Part shown: in pieces, positions 1-12,839 of the stretch
Layout: every line of letters starts with the position of its first letter
Position numbering within the stretch: position 1 is the first letter of the stretch
Source of the DNA: Octopus vulgaris
Taxonomy: Eukaryota
DNA length: 64,000 bases
Direction: 5' to 3'
NCBI GenBank assembly: GCA_951406725.2
Contig: OX597814.1
Coordinates: forward strand, 17,484,001 to 17,548,000
Program-made: the position numbers and the translations under genes
The notes under the pieces: model-generated
What the model was told of the DNA's origin: nothing
Databases searched by the model: none
The model's input: only the letters and a program-made list of their open reading frames with translations

Positions 1-471
1 TCCTGAAGGAAAAAAGAATGTAACTTAAGTTTCACAACGAAAATTTCCTCAGTTCTGTTTCCATATATATATGCATCGTTTCTGAATCACTTATGAGGTC
101 ACTCACAAATACCCCAGCGGACCCAAGTCAAATGAAGTCCTTCAACTCTTTAGCTGTTTTTCCACTAAAAGATAGCTTAAACTGTGCTCTAAATGGAGGT
201 GCAGTCAAATCCTTTTTTATGGACTCAACCATGTTCTAAAATAAGTCGAAAGGTAAGCTACTATAAATCGGCGCGAACTTTCAGGACAACCTAATACTAA
301 CGCGGTAGTCCACCAGGAAGTTTTGTGCGTTTCCAAAATACATTTGTACCACATTTGACAAATGAATCTACGAACCAGAAACAGAAGTCAAATTTTCCTG
401 AAAATCACAAGCTATCATCTATTAAAAAAAGACTGAGGTTGTCTGGGGTAGAAAATTCCAGAAACAAATAT

Positions 472-872
472 TTTTTTCTAGTCTAGGCACAAGGCCTGAA
501 ATTTTAGGAGAGGGGGCCAGTCGATTAGATCGACCCTAGTACGCAACTGGTACTTAATTTATCGATCCCGAAAGGAAGGAAGGGACAAAGTCGACCTCGG
601 CGGAATTTGAACTCAGAACGTAGCGGCAGACGGAATGCGTATTTCTTTACTACCCACAAGGTGCTAAACATAGAGGGGACAAACATGGACAGACAAATGG
701 ATTAAATCGATTACATCGACCCCAGTGCGTAACTGGTACTTAGTTTATCGATCCCGAAAGGATGAAAGGCAAAGTCGACCTCGGCGGAATTTGAACTTAG
801 AACGAAACGAGACAGACGAAATACCGCTAAGCATTTCGCCCGGCGTGCTAACGTTTCTGCCAGCTCGCCACC
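472..872 (-). mobile_element. SINE family B dimer (tRNA head + long-tail unit + headless short-tail unit)
   Basis: Minus strand reads GGTGGCGAGCTGGCAGAAACGTTAG (A box) ... AAGTTCAAATTCCGCC (B box), then core GCCTTTCATCCTTTCGGGATCGATAAA; second unit starts near 638. Confidence 0.9.
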
Positions 873-1321
873 TTTCCAGAAAAATTATTGTGATTGTCAT
901 GACTTGAATGATCTGCTTCCTGAGTCTAGACATGCGATTAAACAACAACACTTTTATAATCATTAGCTTTATCTTCCTTCTATACACAGCAACGTTTCAA
1001 CATTTTCTTGTTTTTCATTTTAATTGCTTTGTAAAATACTGCAGCTCATGATTCTTCCTTTGATGAATAATTAAGGGATTAATTATAACGAATTGTCAGG
1101 TGTTAAGGCGTTGGCTAGATTATCTCACTGAATTTGTTAGGAATGACTGTGCTTTGACTTCAAAGCCTGCTGAAGTCGATCTTTCTTGGGTATGAAACGA
1201 TTTGACCCAGCCGTTTTGGCGCCCCTTATTTGGCATCTTTGTTTCGATGCTCATTTATTTGACATCAAACGTCCTTATGTTTCTTTTGTCTTAATGTTTT
1301 TACTTCTTTTTATTCTCCGCA

Positions 1322-1328
1322 TCTCTCT

Positions 1329-1403
<75 letters not shown>
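1322..1403. repeat. (CT)n microsatellite
   Basis: Direct reading. Confidence 0.95.
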
Positions 1404-1407
<4 letters not shown>

Positions 1408-1611
1408 TTCTTTCCCTCTTCTGTGGTTACTTACTGGCGCATATATCTCTTTCTGTGTTTGAGGAGAAGGAAACTGTTTATTTCAATTGTGTCCAATTAA
1501 TAATTATAATCTCTCACTTTCTCACTCTCTCACTCACTCGCAACTAGAAAACACTGACAATTTCTAATTGGTAGCATATTTTGCACACGCGTGGGATATT
1601 CAAACAGATAA

Positions 1612-1826
1612 TATTGGTTTCAAATTTGGCGCAAAGCCGGCAGTTTCCGGCAGAGAGTAAATCGATTACATTGATACCCTGTGCTCTGCTGGTACTTATT
1701 TATCGACCTCGAAATGATGAAAAGTCAAGTTGACCCCGGCGGAAGTTGATATCAGAACGTTATGACGAACGAAATGCCGATAAGCATTTTGCTCCTGCGT
1801 GCTAACGATTCTGCCAGCTCACCACC
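1612..1826 (-). mobile_element. Diverged SINE B copy (short tail)
   Basis: Recognisable head TGAGCTGGCAGAATCGTTAGCACG and core on the minus strand. Confidence 0.75.
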
Positions 1827-1861
1827 TCATTCAAATAGAGAATGTCAAAAAATATATAAAA

Positions 1862-1980
1862 CTAGCAGTATAACCCGGCCTTGCCCGGGATTAATTAGGA
1901 TTATTAAGCCAATCAAGTTCTTTATTGCAAACCAAACTAAGTAACATCGACGTCCAATTTGGGCGAAATGCGTTGAAATT

Positions 1981-2011
<31 letters not shown>

Positions 2012-2084
2012 GGGCAACACACACATATATACACACGTACGTGCGTACACCTATTACGTACATGTTTTTTGTACGCATACCTAT

Positions 2085-2175
<91 letters not shown>

Positions 2176-2527
2176 CGTGTGCGTGTGTGTGTGTGTGTTG
2201 CCCGAATATTAACAAAACACTTTTTTCCTCAGTAGAAAAAATACAACAAAAGTCTTAAAAACTTACTCGTCGCTAGAAGGGGACTTAACAAACAATGGTG
2301 ATTTCTCCGACTTGAAAAAAGTGAAAAAATTTTGGTTGAAAATGTATTTTTACTGTTATTCGCTGGTACCTCTGGGGAAAATAAGTTAACGAAAATACAG
2401 GTAGGATCATAACGAATGTCCTCCTAAAATTGGAGCGACATACGTACTACTTTATGGACGTGCATAAATTATATTTAAGTACACATTCACGCACGCACAC
2501 ACACATCCTGCCTTTTATATATACAGA
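1862..2527 (-). mobile_element. Non-autonomous Helitron-like element
   Basis: Minus strand A|TCTGTATATATAAAAGG ... CCCGGGCAAGGCCGGG hairpin ... TACTGCTAG|T: TC and CTAG termini, subterminal hairpin, A|T target, no TSD. Confidence 0.75.
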
Positions 2528-2708
2528 TGAATAAGACAAAAATCATTTAAAAATTGATTACAAAATAAAGGATATCATCACTCTGTATTATCAAATTTAT
2601 GCTATATAAAGGATTTTTTCAAAATTTATATTTACCGATGCTGTTTACTAAATTGTAAAGAGAGAAGTAAGTTTGGAACTAGGTACTTCATTATAAGAAT
2701 AATTCAGA

Positions 2709-3112
2709 GGCGCAGGAGTGGCTGTGTGGTAAGTAGCTTGCTAACCAACCACATGGTTCCGGGTTCAGTCCCACTGCGTGGCATCTTGGGCAAGTGTCTT
2801 CTGCTATAGCTCTGGGCCGACCAATGCCTTGTGAGTGGATTTGGTAGACGGAAACTGAAAGAAGCCTGTCGTATATATGTATATATGTATGTGTGTGTGT
2901 TTGTGTGTCTGTGTTTGTTCCCCTAGCATTGCTTGACAACCGATGCTGGTGTGTTTACGTCCCCGTCAGCTAACGGTTCGGCAAAAAGAGACCGATAGAA
3001 TAAGTACTGGGCTTACAAAAAGAATAAGTCCCGGTGTCGATTTGCTCGACTAAAGGCGGTGCTCCAGCATGGCCGCAGTCATATGACTGAAACAAGTAAA
3101 AGAGTAAAAGAG
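2709..3112 (+). mobile_element. SINE family A, full length
   Basis: tRNA-like head GGCGCAGGAGTGGCTGTGTGG...GGGTTCAGTCCC, internal TA/TG microsatellite, tail CAGTC-ATAT-GACTG-AAACAAG(TAAAAGAG)n. Confidence 0.92.
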
Positions 3113-3223
3113 AACGAAAAAATTTAAGTAAAATTGAGTGTGCACGTATGAAAGGTCCTCTAACTTCTTATCCGTAGTAAAACAGAGCCACAGCCGTGTG
3201 TAAGAAACTATATATCTAATATC

Positions 3224-3357
3224 TGTGTGTGTGTGTGAGTGTGTGCGTGTATGTATTTGTATGCATGCATGTATGTGTGTATATATATATATATATGTAT
3301 GTATATATATATTGGTATGTATATATGTGTATGTATGTATATGTTTGTATATATATA

Positions 3358-3436
<79 letters not shown>

Positions 3437-3506
3437 AGAGAGATAATATATATATACATAGTATAGATAGATATTCAAAAACATACGTACACATATGAAC
3501 ACACGC

Positions 3507-3546
<40 letters not shown>

Positions 3547-3625
3547 ACGTGTGTTAATATATGTACGTATGCTTCTCAAAACTTGTGTAATTACGTGTGT
3601 GTATGTGTGTGTGTGTGAGTGTGCG
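3224..3625. repeat. Compound (TA)n/(TG)n microsatellite field
   Basis: Direct reading. Confidence 0.9.
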
Positions 3626-3833
3626 CGCGCGGATGTTCGGACGTCCATTTGTGTTTGATTCTCTGACTGTATCGAGCCGTACTGGACCACCAACTAAATA
3701 TAAATTACTTCTAAGGTTGCCAAGAGAACAACACTTTTAGTTTGTGTAGGGTGGGGAAGAAACCAGTCTATTCACGCTTCTTCAGAACTTAACCACCACC
3801 GAAACGTTATCCAAGATAGGAGGAAGATTCATA

Positions 3834-4046
3834 TACTCTTTTACTCTTCTACTTGTTTCAGTCATTTGACTGCGGCCATGCTGGAGCACCGCCTTTAGTC
3901 GAGCAAATCGACCCCGGGACTTATTCTTTGTAAGCCCAGTACTTATTCTATCGGTCTCTTTTTTGCCGAACCGCTAAGTGACGGGGACGTATACACACCA
4001 GCATCGGTTGTCAAGCAATGCTAGGGGGACAAACACAGACACACAA

Positions 4047-4094
<48 letters not shown>

Positions 4095-4256
4095 GACAGG
4101 CTTCTTTCAGTTTCCGTCTACCAAATCCACTCACAAGGCATTGGTCGGCCCGGGGCTATAGCAGAAGACACTTGCCCAAGATGCCACGCAGTGGGACTGA
4201 ACCCGGAACCATGTGGTTGGTTAGCAAGCTACTTACCACACAGCCACTTCTGCGCC
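3834..4256 (-). mobile_element. SINE family A, full length
   Basis: Reverse complement of 2709-3112. Confidence 0.92.
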
Positions 4257-4757
4257 TCATAACTCTATTAGATTTCTAACTCATAACCAGACAAAACCCT
4301 GTTAAACACTACTCCATGAGCTCCAGCCATTTCGCTTTAACATCAATGTAAAAATATCGATTTTTTAACTTTTTTTTTTCCAAAATTTAACGTTAGGACA
4401 GCTATTTGCAGAGCAGAAACTGGATTACATCCATTCGATTCTACTAGGCTGTTTTATTGATCCTGGATGGAAAATTCTAAGTCATTCCCGTTGGGATTTT
4501 ATGTCAGAATGTAAAGGGACATAACTTAATACAGCAGCGCAGTTTGTCCTCATTTCTACCGATTCTCTATTCGTTTTTTCTGTTTACACATTTGCAGTAT
4601 ATAACTTCAATATAATGGGTTTCTATTATGTTATTATTCATCACCAAGGAGATGTAAATTGAACCAGTGGGAGCTCTAGCATAGACACTGCGAAACTGCA
4701 GCACTCCTCGCTTCCACTCGATATTATCGATAACAGCCAGTATAATAAGTCCTTTAA

Positions 4758-4977
4758 GGCGGCGAGCGAGCAGAACCGTTAGCACGCCGGGCGAAATGCT
4801 TAGAGATATTTCGTCTGTCTTTATGTTCTGAGTTCAAATGCTGCCGAGGTCGACTTTGCTTTTCATCCTTTCGGGGACGATAAATTAAGTACCAGTTGTG
4901 TACTGTGGTCGATCTGATCGACTGGCCCCCTCCCCCCGCCCAAATTTTGGGCCTTGTGCCTAGAGTAGAAAAGAATA
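4758..4977 (+). mobile_element. SINE B (short tail)
   Basis: GGCGGCGAGC head, B box GAGTTCAAAT, tail GGCCTTGTGCCTAGAGTAGAAAAGAAT. Confidence 0.88.
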
Positions 4978-4981
4978 TAAT

Positions 4982-5207
4982 ACTCTTTACTCTTTTACTC
5001 TTTTACTTGTTTCAGTCATTTGACTGCGGCCATGCGGGAGCACCGCCTTTTAGTCGAGCAACTCGACCCCGGGACTTATTCTTTTTGTAAGCCCAGTACT
5101 TATTCTATCGGTCTCTTTTTGCCGAACCGCTAAGTGACGGAGACGTAAACACACCCGCATCAGTTGTCAAGCAATGCTAGGGGGACAAACACAGACACAC
5201 AAACACA
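4982..5207 (-). mobile_element. 5'-truncated SINE A
   Basis: 3' half of the family A sequence on the minus strand. Confidence 0.88.
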
Positions 5208-5289
5208 AATCCTTTTAATTCTTTCTTTTTACTTGTACTTTATACAATCCCTGATTTATGAAAAAAAGTACAAAAATCCTTGTATAAAA

Positions 5290-5470
5290 CTGTGCGCTTC
5301 ACAGTTCCAGCGACGCGGTATTTGGTTGTTGTGCGCATGCTCACATGTCCGAGAGAGGAAGTTTCACTCTAGGGAGAGAGCGAGAGCACTGTAGTTCCCG
5401 CAGTGCCGGTGAAAGGTAGTGTCTCTTATCGACTCCGCATGTGTTGTGCTTAAAAACGCGTTATATTCTT
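5290..5470. promoter_or_regulatory. Possible promoter / CpG-rich unique island
   Basis: Locally CpG-rich; TGCGCATGCTCA (NRF1-like), AGGAAGT (ETS-like) and TGTAGTTCCCGCAGTGC (ZNF143/THAP11-like) are clustered. Confidence 0.3.
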
Positions 5471-6029
5471 GAATGTGATAAAGTGTAGAATTAGATTATT
5501 ATCCTGCTTCCAGCTTCAGTGATGCTGCCAGAATTTGAAAAATAGGGCAGATTTGCCCGCCCCTCTCTTATTTTGTGATTTAGGGGAGATTTTTGAAAAA
5601 CGAGGGGGTATTTGCGGCGGTGTTCAGTGAACAAATTAAACACACTACTCGGCAGTTGCTACAATATGAACCGATTAAATTTATGTATAAATATTCTTTT
5701 TATATGTTTGTTTCCTTTTACACAATATTAAAACAACGGCTAAAAATTTTCTGAAGCAACAACACACTCACTAATTTCATCTCCGTGCAGCCACTGGATT
5801 GAACAGTCCTACGATCAAAGTTACCCTAACCATGATCATTTTGTGGGTATTTCTTTTCCCATTCATTTCATTTCATTTTAGTAAATTAGGTGCAAACTTA
5901 ATTGTGAGATTAAGATCTTTACTTCGAATCTACTTAATTTCGAGTTTAGTCTCACTGCGCTGCACCTTGGATAATTCTTTTACGACTTGTGAATAAATAC
6001 TTGATTAATGTAAATAGTATATTGGTACC

Positions 6030-6260
6030 TATTTCTTTACTACCTACAAGGGGCTAAACAAAGAGGGGACAAACAAGCACAGACAAACGGATTAAGTCGA
6101 TTACATCGACCCCAGTGCGTAACTGGTACTTATTTAATCGACCCCGAAAGGATGAAAGGCAAAGTCGACCTCGGCGGAATTTGAACTCCGAACTTAGCGG
6201 CAGACGAAATACTGCTAAGCATTTCGCCCGGCGTGCTAACGTTTCTACCAGCTCGCCGCC
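6030..6260 (-). mobile_element. SINE B (long tail) with TSD
   Basis: Full family B sequence flanked by AGTATATTG(G/A)TACCT direct repeats. Confidence 0.92.
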
Positions 6261-6751
6261 TTCAGTATATTGATACCTACCTTAAGATGAAGACACATAA
6301 CCTAATGGAATGGGGGTGGGTAGGCACACAATCTTAAAATTGAAATTCGATTACTGGACCACGTGATGTGTTCTGTACCTGTACAAGTGGACTGGGCTGT
6401 GTGCTGTGTTCAGGTTATTACAGCCTATCAGCAGAAAATTGGTACCAGGTAGATATTGCTCACCTAGCTGTTATTTTAAATGTTCCGCTGTATCAAGGAT
6501 AGTAGGACCGTGATTGTGCCTTTGTTTCTCAAGAAGAAAAAACATTGACTCATAAGCAATGGGCGAAAGCATGCTATCTGCCATCAGATCATAATCCTTG
6601 CGAGTGACATCAATGGTTTATGGCTTACTTCTAGCCTAAAACTTAGCAGAAATAGTTATCTATGGATGATACTTAACGTATGTACAGTATCAAGAGACAT
6701 GATGTTGTAGATCGTCCAAGAGAAAAAAAATTTTCATAGACGAACAATCTG

Positions 6752-6982
6752 TTTCTTTATTACTCACAAGGGGCTAAACATAGAGGAGACAAACAATGAC
6801 AGAAAAAACGGATTAAGTCGATTACATCGACCCCAGTGCGTAACTGGTACTTAATTTATCGACCCCGAAATGATGAAAGGCAAAGTCGACCTCGGCGGAA
6901 TTTGAACACAGAACGTAACGGGTAGACGAAATACGGCTACGTATTTCGCCCGGCTTGCTAACGGTTCTGCCAGCTCGCCGCC
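6752..6982 (-). mobile_element. SINE B (long tail)
   Basis: Match to other B copies. Confidence 0.9.
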
Positions 6983-8094
6983 TTGATCATGATGAACATT
7001 CGTCCCAGTAGTGATTCACAAGAAAGCCAAATACATTTCAGCATAATTTGTCTTGTCAATTACTTATTTATGTTAGCCATATGCCTTGACGAATATCATG
7101 TCCTTCACTCAATGCTGTATGTATGTATGTATGGCAATTAACATATTATAAATAGCTGTTTTAATTTAATGCACTTTCAGTTGCGTACACCGTGTTTTAA
7201 TTCAGCCCGGTGATTATTGCATTGTGTTATTCATTATTTCCTTTATATCCGAGAAAACAGGCTTCGTCTTGGCTTGTGACTAGCAAGAACATATAAATGA
7301 AATGGCCCAGGAAGGCCGAAATACATCTAGTGTTTAGCAAATCACTGACGGGACGAATTTTCGTCTCGTTCCGATATGTACATGGTGCTTTTAGCCCGGT
7401 ATGCCTTTGAAGAGCTTTTTACTCAGACGAAGGCTTCCAGCATCATGTCACTCAATACCGTATATACATTAAATATGATATATAGATGGCTATTTTGATT
7501 TGATGTTGTTTCAGTTACGTACACCGTGTTCATAAGCGGAAAAAATTTTTTTTTTTTGATCGAAAGGTATGATGCTCTTGATCAGATCCTGGACACAGAA
7601 TATATAGGGAAGTATAAAGCAAAATTAGTACAAACTATTTAGTCCAACCTACCACAGTTTCTATCATTTCCCGTCGTCATCAGACACAGTGTATGTCTGG
7701 TTGTGGCTAAAGTCGGTAACATGAGACCCCAGGTTAAGCTTTAACCAGCAGACTACAGACGTTCCATATGTTACATTCATTGCTATTCCCCTATATACAG
7801 AGAAACCGCGAGTAAAGTATGTAACCTGTACATTTTCAAGACCATAGAGTATGATTTGAAGGATATTTAGCTACTAGTTCTAACAGGTCGAACAACACCG
7901 TAAAGGCTCTTTTGTTGATTCGATATGTCTGGGTGCTGTCAGTGTTGTTCTGCGGCTGTTGTAGTTGTTTAACTCCAGCTCATTCCGGATTAAGCCAGCC
8001 TATATTCAGAGACATATTATTCATCACCTCCCGCGTTTTTCCTACAACAGAGAACTGAGGACCGACCACATTATCCACTATGTCCGATCTAAAT

Positions 8095-8180
8095 ACGGTA
8101 GGTTATGATTTCAGGGAGATCTAGCTGCTGTCTCTAGCAAACCGAACGACCATGTAGGGGGGCTCTTTTGCTGACTCGGT
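8095..8180 (+). repeat. Unclassified dispersed repeat F
   Basis: GATTTC.GGGAGATCTA.CTGCTGTCTCTAGCAAACCGAACGACCATGTAGGGG; near-identical copy at 9367-9450, diverged copies near 7845-7925 and 53160-53210. Confidence 0.7.
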
Positions 8181-8660
8181 ATATAACGTCTGGTGAAGCA
8201 GTCGGCGGAATTCTCAAAGGAAAGAGCCAACTGAAGCATCATTTCACAGTCAGTCGGCCAGCTAGCAAGCTAACCAATCAAAACAAAGAAACCACCGCAG
8301 CTTTTTCTGATTGACAGACGATTTGGTACCCGCCTCCTACTTATATCTACTCTGTGTGTGTATGATGGGGGAGGGGGTGTTTTCCATCTTACTGACACTG
8401 CTGATTTTATTTTCCCTTCCCCGCATCTCTTTGTCAATCGTTCTTCATTCACTCATTCATTCTTGCCCACACAACACACAGACGCTCTTTCTCTCATTCT
8501 TCACTCTCGCTCTCTCTCTCTCCATCTCTCCCTTTCTCCCCATTTCTCTCTCCATCTCTCTCTCCATCTTTCTCTCTCCATCTCTTTCTCCGCTTCTCTC
8601 TCTCTCTCTCTCAGCATACACACTCACTCACAAACACACACACACACATATATGCTTGAG

Positions 8661-8890
8661 GGCGGTAGAGCTGGCAGAAACGTTAGCACGTCGGATGAAA
8701 TTTGTAGCCGTATTTCGTCTGTCGTTACGTTCCGAGTTCAAATTCCGCCAAGGTTGACTTTGCCTTTCATCCTCTCGGGGTCGAAAAAATTTATTTCCGC
8801 TTTCGCACTGGGTCGATGTAATCGACAATCCCTTTGTCTGTCCTTGTCCGTCCCCTCTATGTTTAGCCCCTTGTGGGCAGTAAAGAAATA
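8661..8890 (+). mobile_element. SINE B (long tail)
   Basis: Match to other B copies. Confidence 0.88.
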
Positions 8891-9211
8891 TATATGCTTG
8901 CTTTGTATCACTAATTTTTTAGCTGTTTCTCTCTGCTATATATTTATCGGTCTTATACGTACACACACATACACACATATACACACAAACACGAACATAT
9001 GTACGTACATACCTATGTGGTTTAGACATCACTCGCTTGAAAGCTTGAACCGTTTGCTAGTGATTTTAGGTGACTGTGTAATCGCGAGCAGACGTAGGTA
9101 TGCTCTTGGCCTTCTCATCTCTCATTCAGCGGAACATCTAAGATGTGAGAACCGGATAGAGAGAACTTCATCAGCACCCGACTGAAAAACACCTCACCAT
9201 ACGCACACACA

Positions 9212-9295
<84 letters not shown>

Positions 9296-9366
9296 TACAC
9301 GGATACATACATACGGACGGACGGACATACATACATACACGGACGGACGGACGGACGGACGGACGG

Positions 9367-9450
9367 ACGGTAGGTCATGATTTCTGGGAGATCTAACTGC
9401 TGTCTCTAGCAAACCGAACGACCATGTAGGGGCTCTTTTGCTGACTCGGT
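9367..9450 (+). repeat. Unclassified dispersed repeat F (second copy)
   Basis: Near identical to 8095-8180. Confidence 0.7.
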
Positions 9451-9779
9451 GGACGGACGGACGGACAGACGGATAGACAGATAGATAGATAGATAGATAA
9501 TATTTAGATGTCACCCAGGAAGAAGTATAGCTTGTTTGGTTGGATTGTGTTCGATTGATCGTATTGTGGTTGATTTTAAGCCAAAGATCAACCATGTTTG
9601 AGAATAACAGTGATCGAATGTGTTCTATTTCTGGCCGTCTGGGGTATGTAGGGCGGGATTGCCCTACATACCCCAAATGTACCCTTACCATATTTAAGAT
9701 GGTGGCGTGTGATTTAGATAATTGGCTGTATTTCGAGAAGTCCACTTAAAGTATCATTTATTTGCTTTTGGTTACGTTG

Positions 9780-9892
9780 TGGAGCTTAGGTGTTTTTGCT
9801 CAATAAACACTCACAATGCCCGGTCTGAGAATCGAAACCGCGTTCTTACGACCGCGAGTCCGCTCCTCTAACCACTGGACCATTGCGCCTCC
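9780..9892 (-). mobile_element. SINE C head fragment
   Basis: GGAGGCGCAATGGTCCAGTGGTTAG...GGTTTCGATTCTCAGACC on the minus strand. Confidence 0.85.
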
Positions 9893-10099
9893 ACTGCTGC
9901 TGTTGCTATTTTATGTATTACTGAACTGAGCGAGAGGGATCATTTCTTTAAATACTTCTACAAACGTGTTCTGGAAATTCTGCGTCACTGGCATAAAATA
10001 AGCGAAATTATTAATTTCTTCAAGTTCCATGAAACACTCTGATTGCAGAAGGCTATTTTTACAGATATGTGTATGGGGCAATTTACAGGTATAAACAGT

Positions 10100-10111
10100 G
10101 AGAGGGGGAGG

Positions 10112-10146
<35 letters not shown>

Positions 10147-10196
10147 GGGGAAAGAAAGAGGAGAAAGAAAGAGGAGTAAGAAAGAGGAGAAAGAGG

Positions 10197-10230
<34 letters not shown>

Positions 10231-10265
10231 GAAGGAAGAAAGAAAGAAAGAAAGAAAGAAAGAGG

Positions 10266-10320
<55 letters not shown>

Positions 10321-10332
10321 GAAAGGAGAGAG
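10100..10332. repeat. (GAAA)n purine tract
   Basis: Direct reading. Confidence 0.95.
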
Positions 10333-10728
10333 AAGCTTTCTATGTGAAATGGAAATGGTTCTCCCCTAATTCGAAATATATAAAATATATGAACTTGTTT
10401 TCTATAATTCGAGTGACGGTAGTACTGGTATACACCATGCATGGCACTCTTACTGGTTAGCGCTGGACTGAGTCATTGGTGGTGACTGCAAATCTATAGC
10501 AAGGACAATAGGTGGTGCTAGTGTGGTGCTGAAACAAACAAACTGTGTCTCTGGAAAGTCCAGATGGTCATTCATTTTGGATTTTTGTTTTTTGTTGTTT
10601 GTTTTTTTCACTTCGTTGTGTCGCTCTGCTCAACTGAAAAATTACCACGACAGATTCAAAATGATGGGTGAGTTAGAGATGGTTGCGGCGACAACAACGC
10701 TGATATTACATTGCTGCTGTTGTTGTTG

Positions 10729-10760
<32 letters not shown>

Positions 10761-11006
10761 GGTGGTGGTGTATTTGGATATGGTGATGATGGCGATGGTG
10801 GTGCTCAATATGGCGGCACCGACGCTGAGTGTATTAGCAGAGGTGCTGGTAGCTGTGGCTACGCTTACGGTTTGAAGTTGTCATTATAGTGAACAGAACT
10901 TTATGGTCGCATTTTTATTGTTAATTATGATGACAGTATCGGTAATGCTATGCTTTTCTCAATATCTAAGGTCGATATGGCACTGTTATATATTTGTAAC
11001 AATAGT

Positions 11007-11415
11007 GGTGGTGGTAAGTAGCTTGCTAACCAACCACATGGTTCCGGGTTCAGTCCCACTGCGTGGCATCTTGGGCAAGCAAGTGTCTTCTGCTATAGCC
11101 CCGGACCGGCCAATGCCTTGTGAGTGGATTTGGTAGACGGAAACTGAAAGAAGCCTGTCGTATATATGTATATATATATATGTGTGTGTGTGTTTGTGTG
11201 TCTGTGTTTGTCCCCCTAGCATCGCTTGACAACCGATGCTGGTGTGTTTACGTCCCCGTCACTTAGCGGTTCGGCAAAAAAGAGACCGATAGAATAAGTA
11301 CTGGGCTTACGAAGAATAAGTCCCGGGGTCGAGTTGCTCGATTAAAGGCGGTGCTCCAGCATGGCCGCAGTCAAAATGACTGAAACAAGTAATAGAGAAA
11401 AGCGAGAGAAAGAGA
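11007..11415 (+). mobile_element. SINE A
   Basis: Match to family A. Confidence 0.9.
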
Positions 11416-11647
11416 GTCTTTCTTGACCTAGGTTTTAACTTTATTTTTTCTCGATTCACAGAGTGAGAAATATATTAACATTTATCCATTCAAGCCATAA
11501 CGTGATTAACATTTAAAATATATATAAAACTTGGTTTGAAAAGAAACAGCACGTGCCATAACATTTCCAGGCCTAGTATTCGCCAATGGATCAGAAACTT
11601 GATTGAGATCCATATGGCTAAACTTCAAACACCCTCATTTATATCCA

Positions 11648-12054
11648 TACTCTCTCTTTACTCTTTTACTTGTTTCAGTCATTTGACTGCGGCCATGCTG
11701 AAGCACCGCCTTTAATCGAGCAACCCGACCCCGAGACTTATTCTTTAGTAAGCCCAGTACTTATTCCACCGGTCTCTTTTGCCGAACCGCTAAGTAACGG
11801 GGACATCAACACACCAGCATCGGTTGTCAAGCAATGCTAGGGGAACAAACACAGACACACAAACACACACACTTATATATATATATACATATATATACGA
11901 CGGGCTTCTTTCAGTTTCCGTCTACCAAATCCACTCACAAGGCATTGGTCGGCCCGAGGCTATAGTAGAAGACACCTGCCCAAGGTGCCACGCAGTGGGA
12001 CTGAACCCGGAACCATGTGGTTGGTAAGCAAGCTACTTACCACACAGCCACTCC
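11648..12054 (-). mobile_element. SINE A
   Basis: Match to family A; inverted relative to 11007-11415. Confidence 0.9.
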
Positions 12055-12332
12055 TAGGTAAATTATCAAATAAACCATGTGTTCTTCAGATGGTCTATGT
12101 TTCTCATTTCTTTCATTTACATTAAGTTCTAGCACCGATTATTGGGTGAGTCGTTGTGTACACTTCGTGGTTAATTCTATCACTTGGCTGACGTAAAATC
12201 GTACTGTCCAGGATCATGTACACCTGTCTACTATACGTAATAGTAATGATATGTAAGTCTAAAATCGTTTACCATCACAGATGAATATATCTACTGTTTC
12301 TCTGCACTTCCTATGCTTCTAAAAATAACTCC

Positions 12333-12367
12333 ATACACATATATACACATATACATACAAATATACT

Positions 12368-12403
<36 letters not shown>

Positions 12404-12461
12404 ACACACACACACATACATATACATATATGTATATATATATGCCCGTATGTAAATATAT

Positions 12462-12533
<72 letters not shown>

Positions 12534-12550
12534 ATTATTTTCAGAATTCA

Positions 12551-12601
<51 letters not shown>

Positions 12602-12799
12602 TACATATATAATATATACATGTATAATATATATATACATATATATGTATGTATGTGTGTATTTATGTATGTATAAATGCATATATATGCAAATATATAT
12701 ACGCGTATATACACACATATATGTATGTAAATATGTATATATATGTGTGTGGTTGTATATATATATATATGTGTGTTATATATATATATGTGTGTGTGT

Positions 12800-12836
<37 letters not shown>
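12333..12836. repeat. Degenerate TA/CA/TG microsatellite field
   Basis: Direct reading. Confidence 0.9.

Positions 12837-12839
<3 letters not shown>

Noticed and set aside
2691-2939. Recurring ORFs such as MSSNARGTNTDTQ...YQIHSQGIGRP
   Set aside because: Antisense translations of SINE A, not a gene family
8358-9185. 275-aa ORF
   Set aside because: Runs through a CT microsatellite and a SINE B copy; chance open frame
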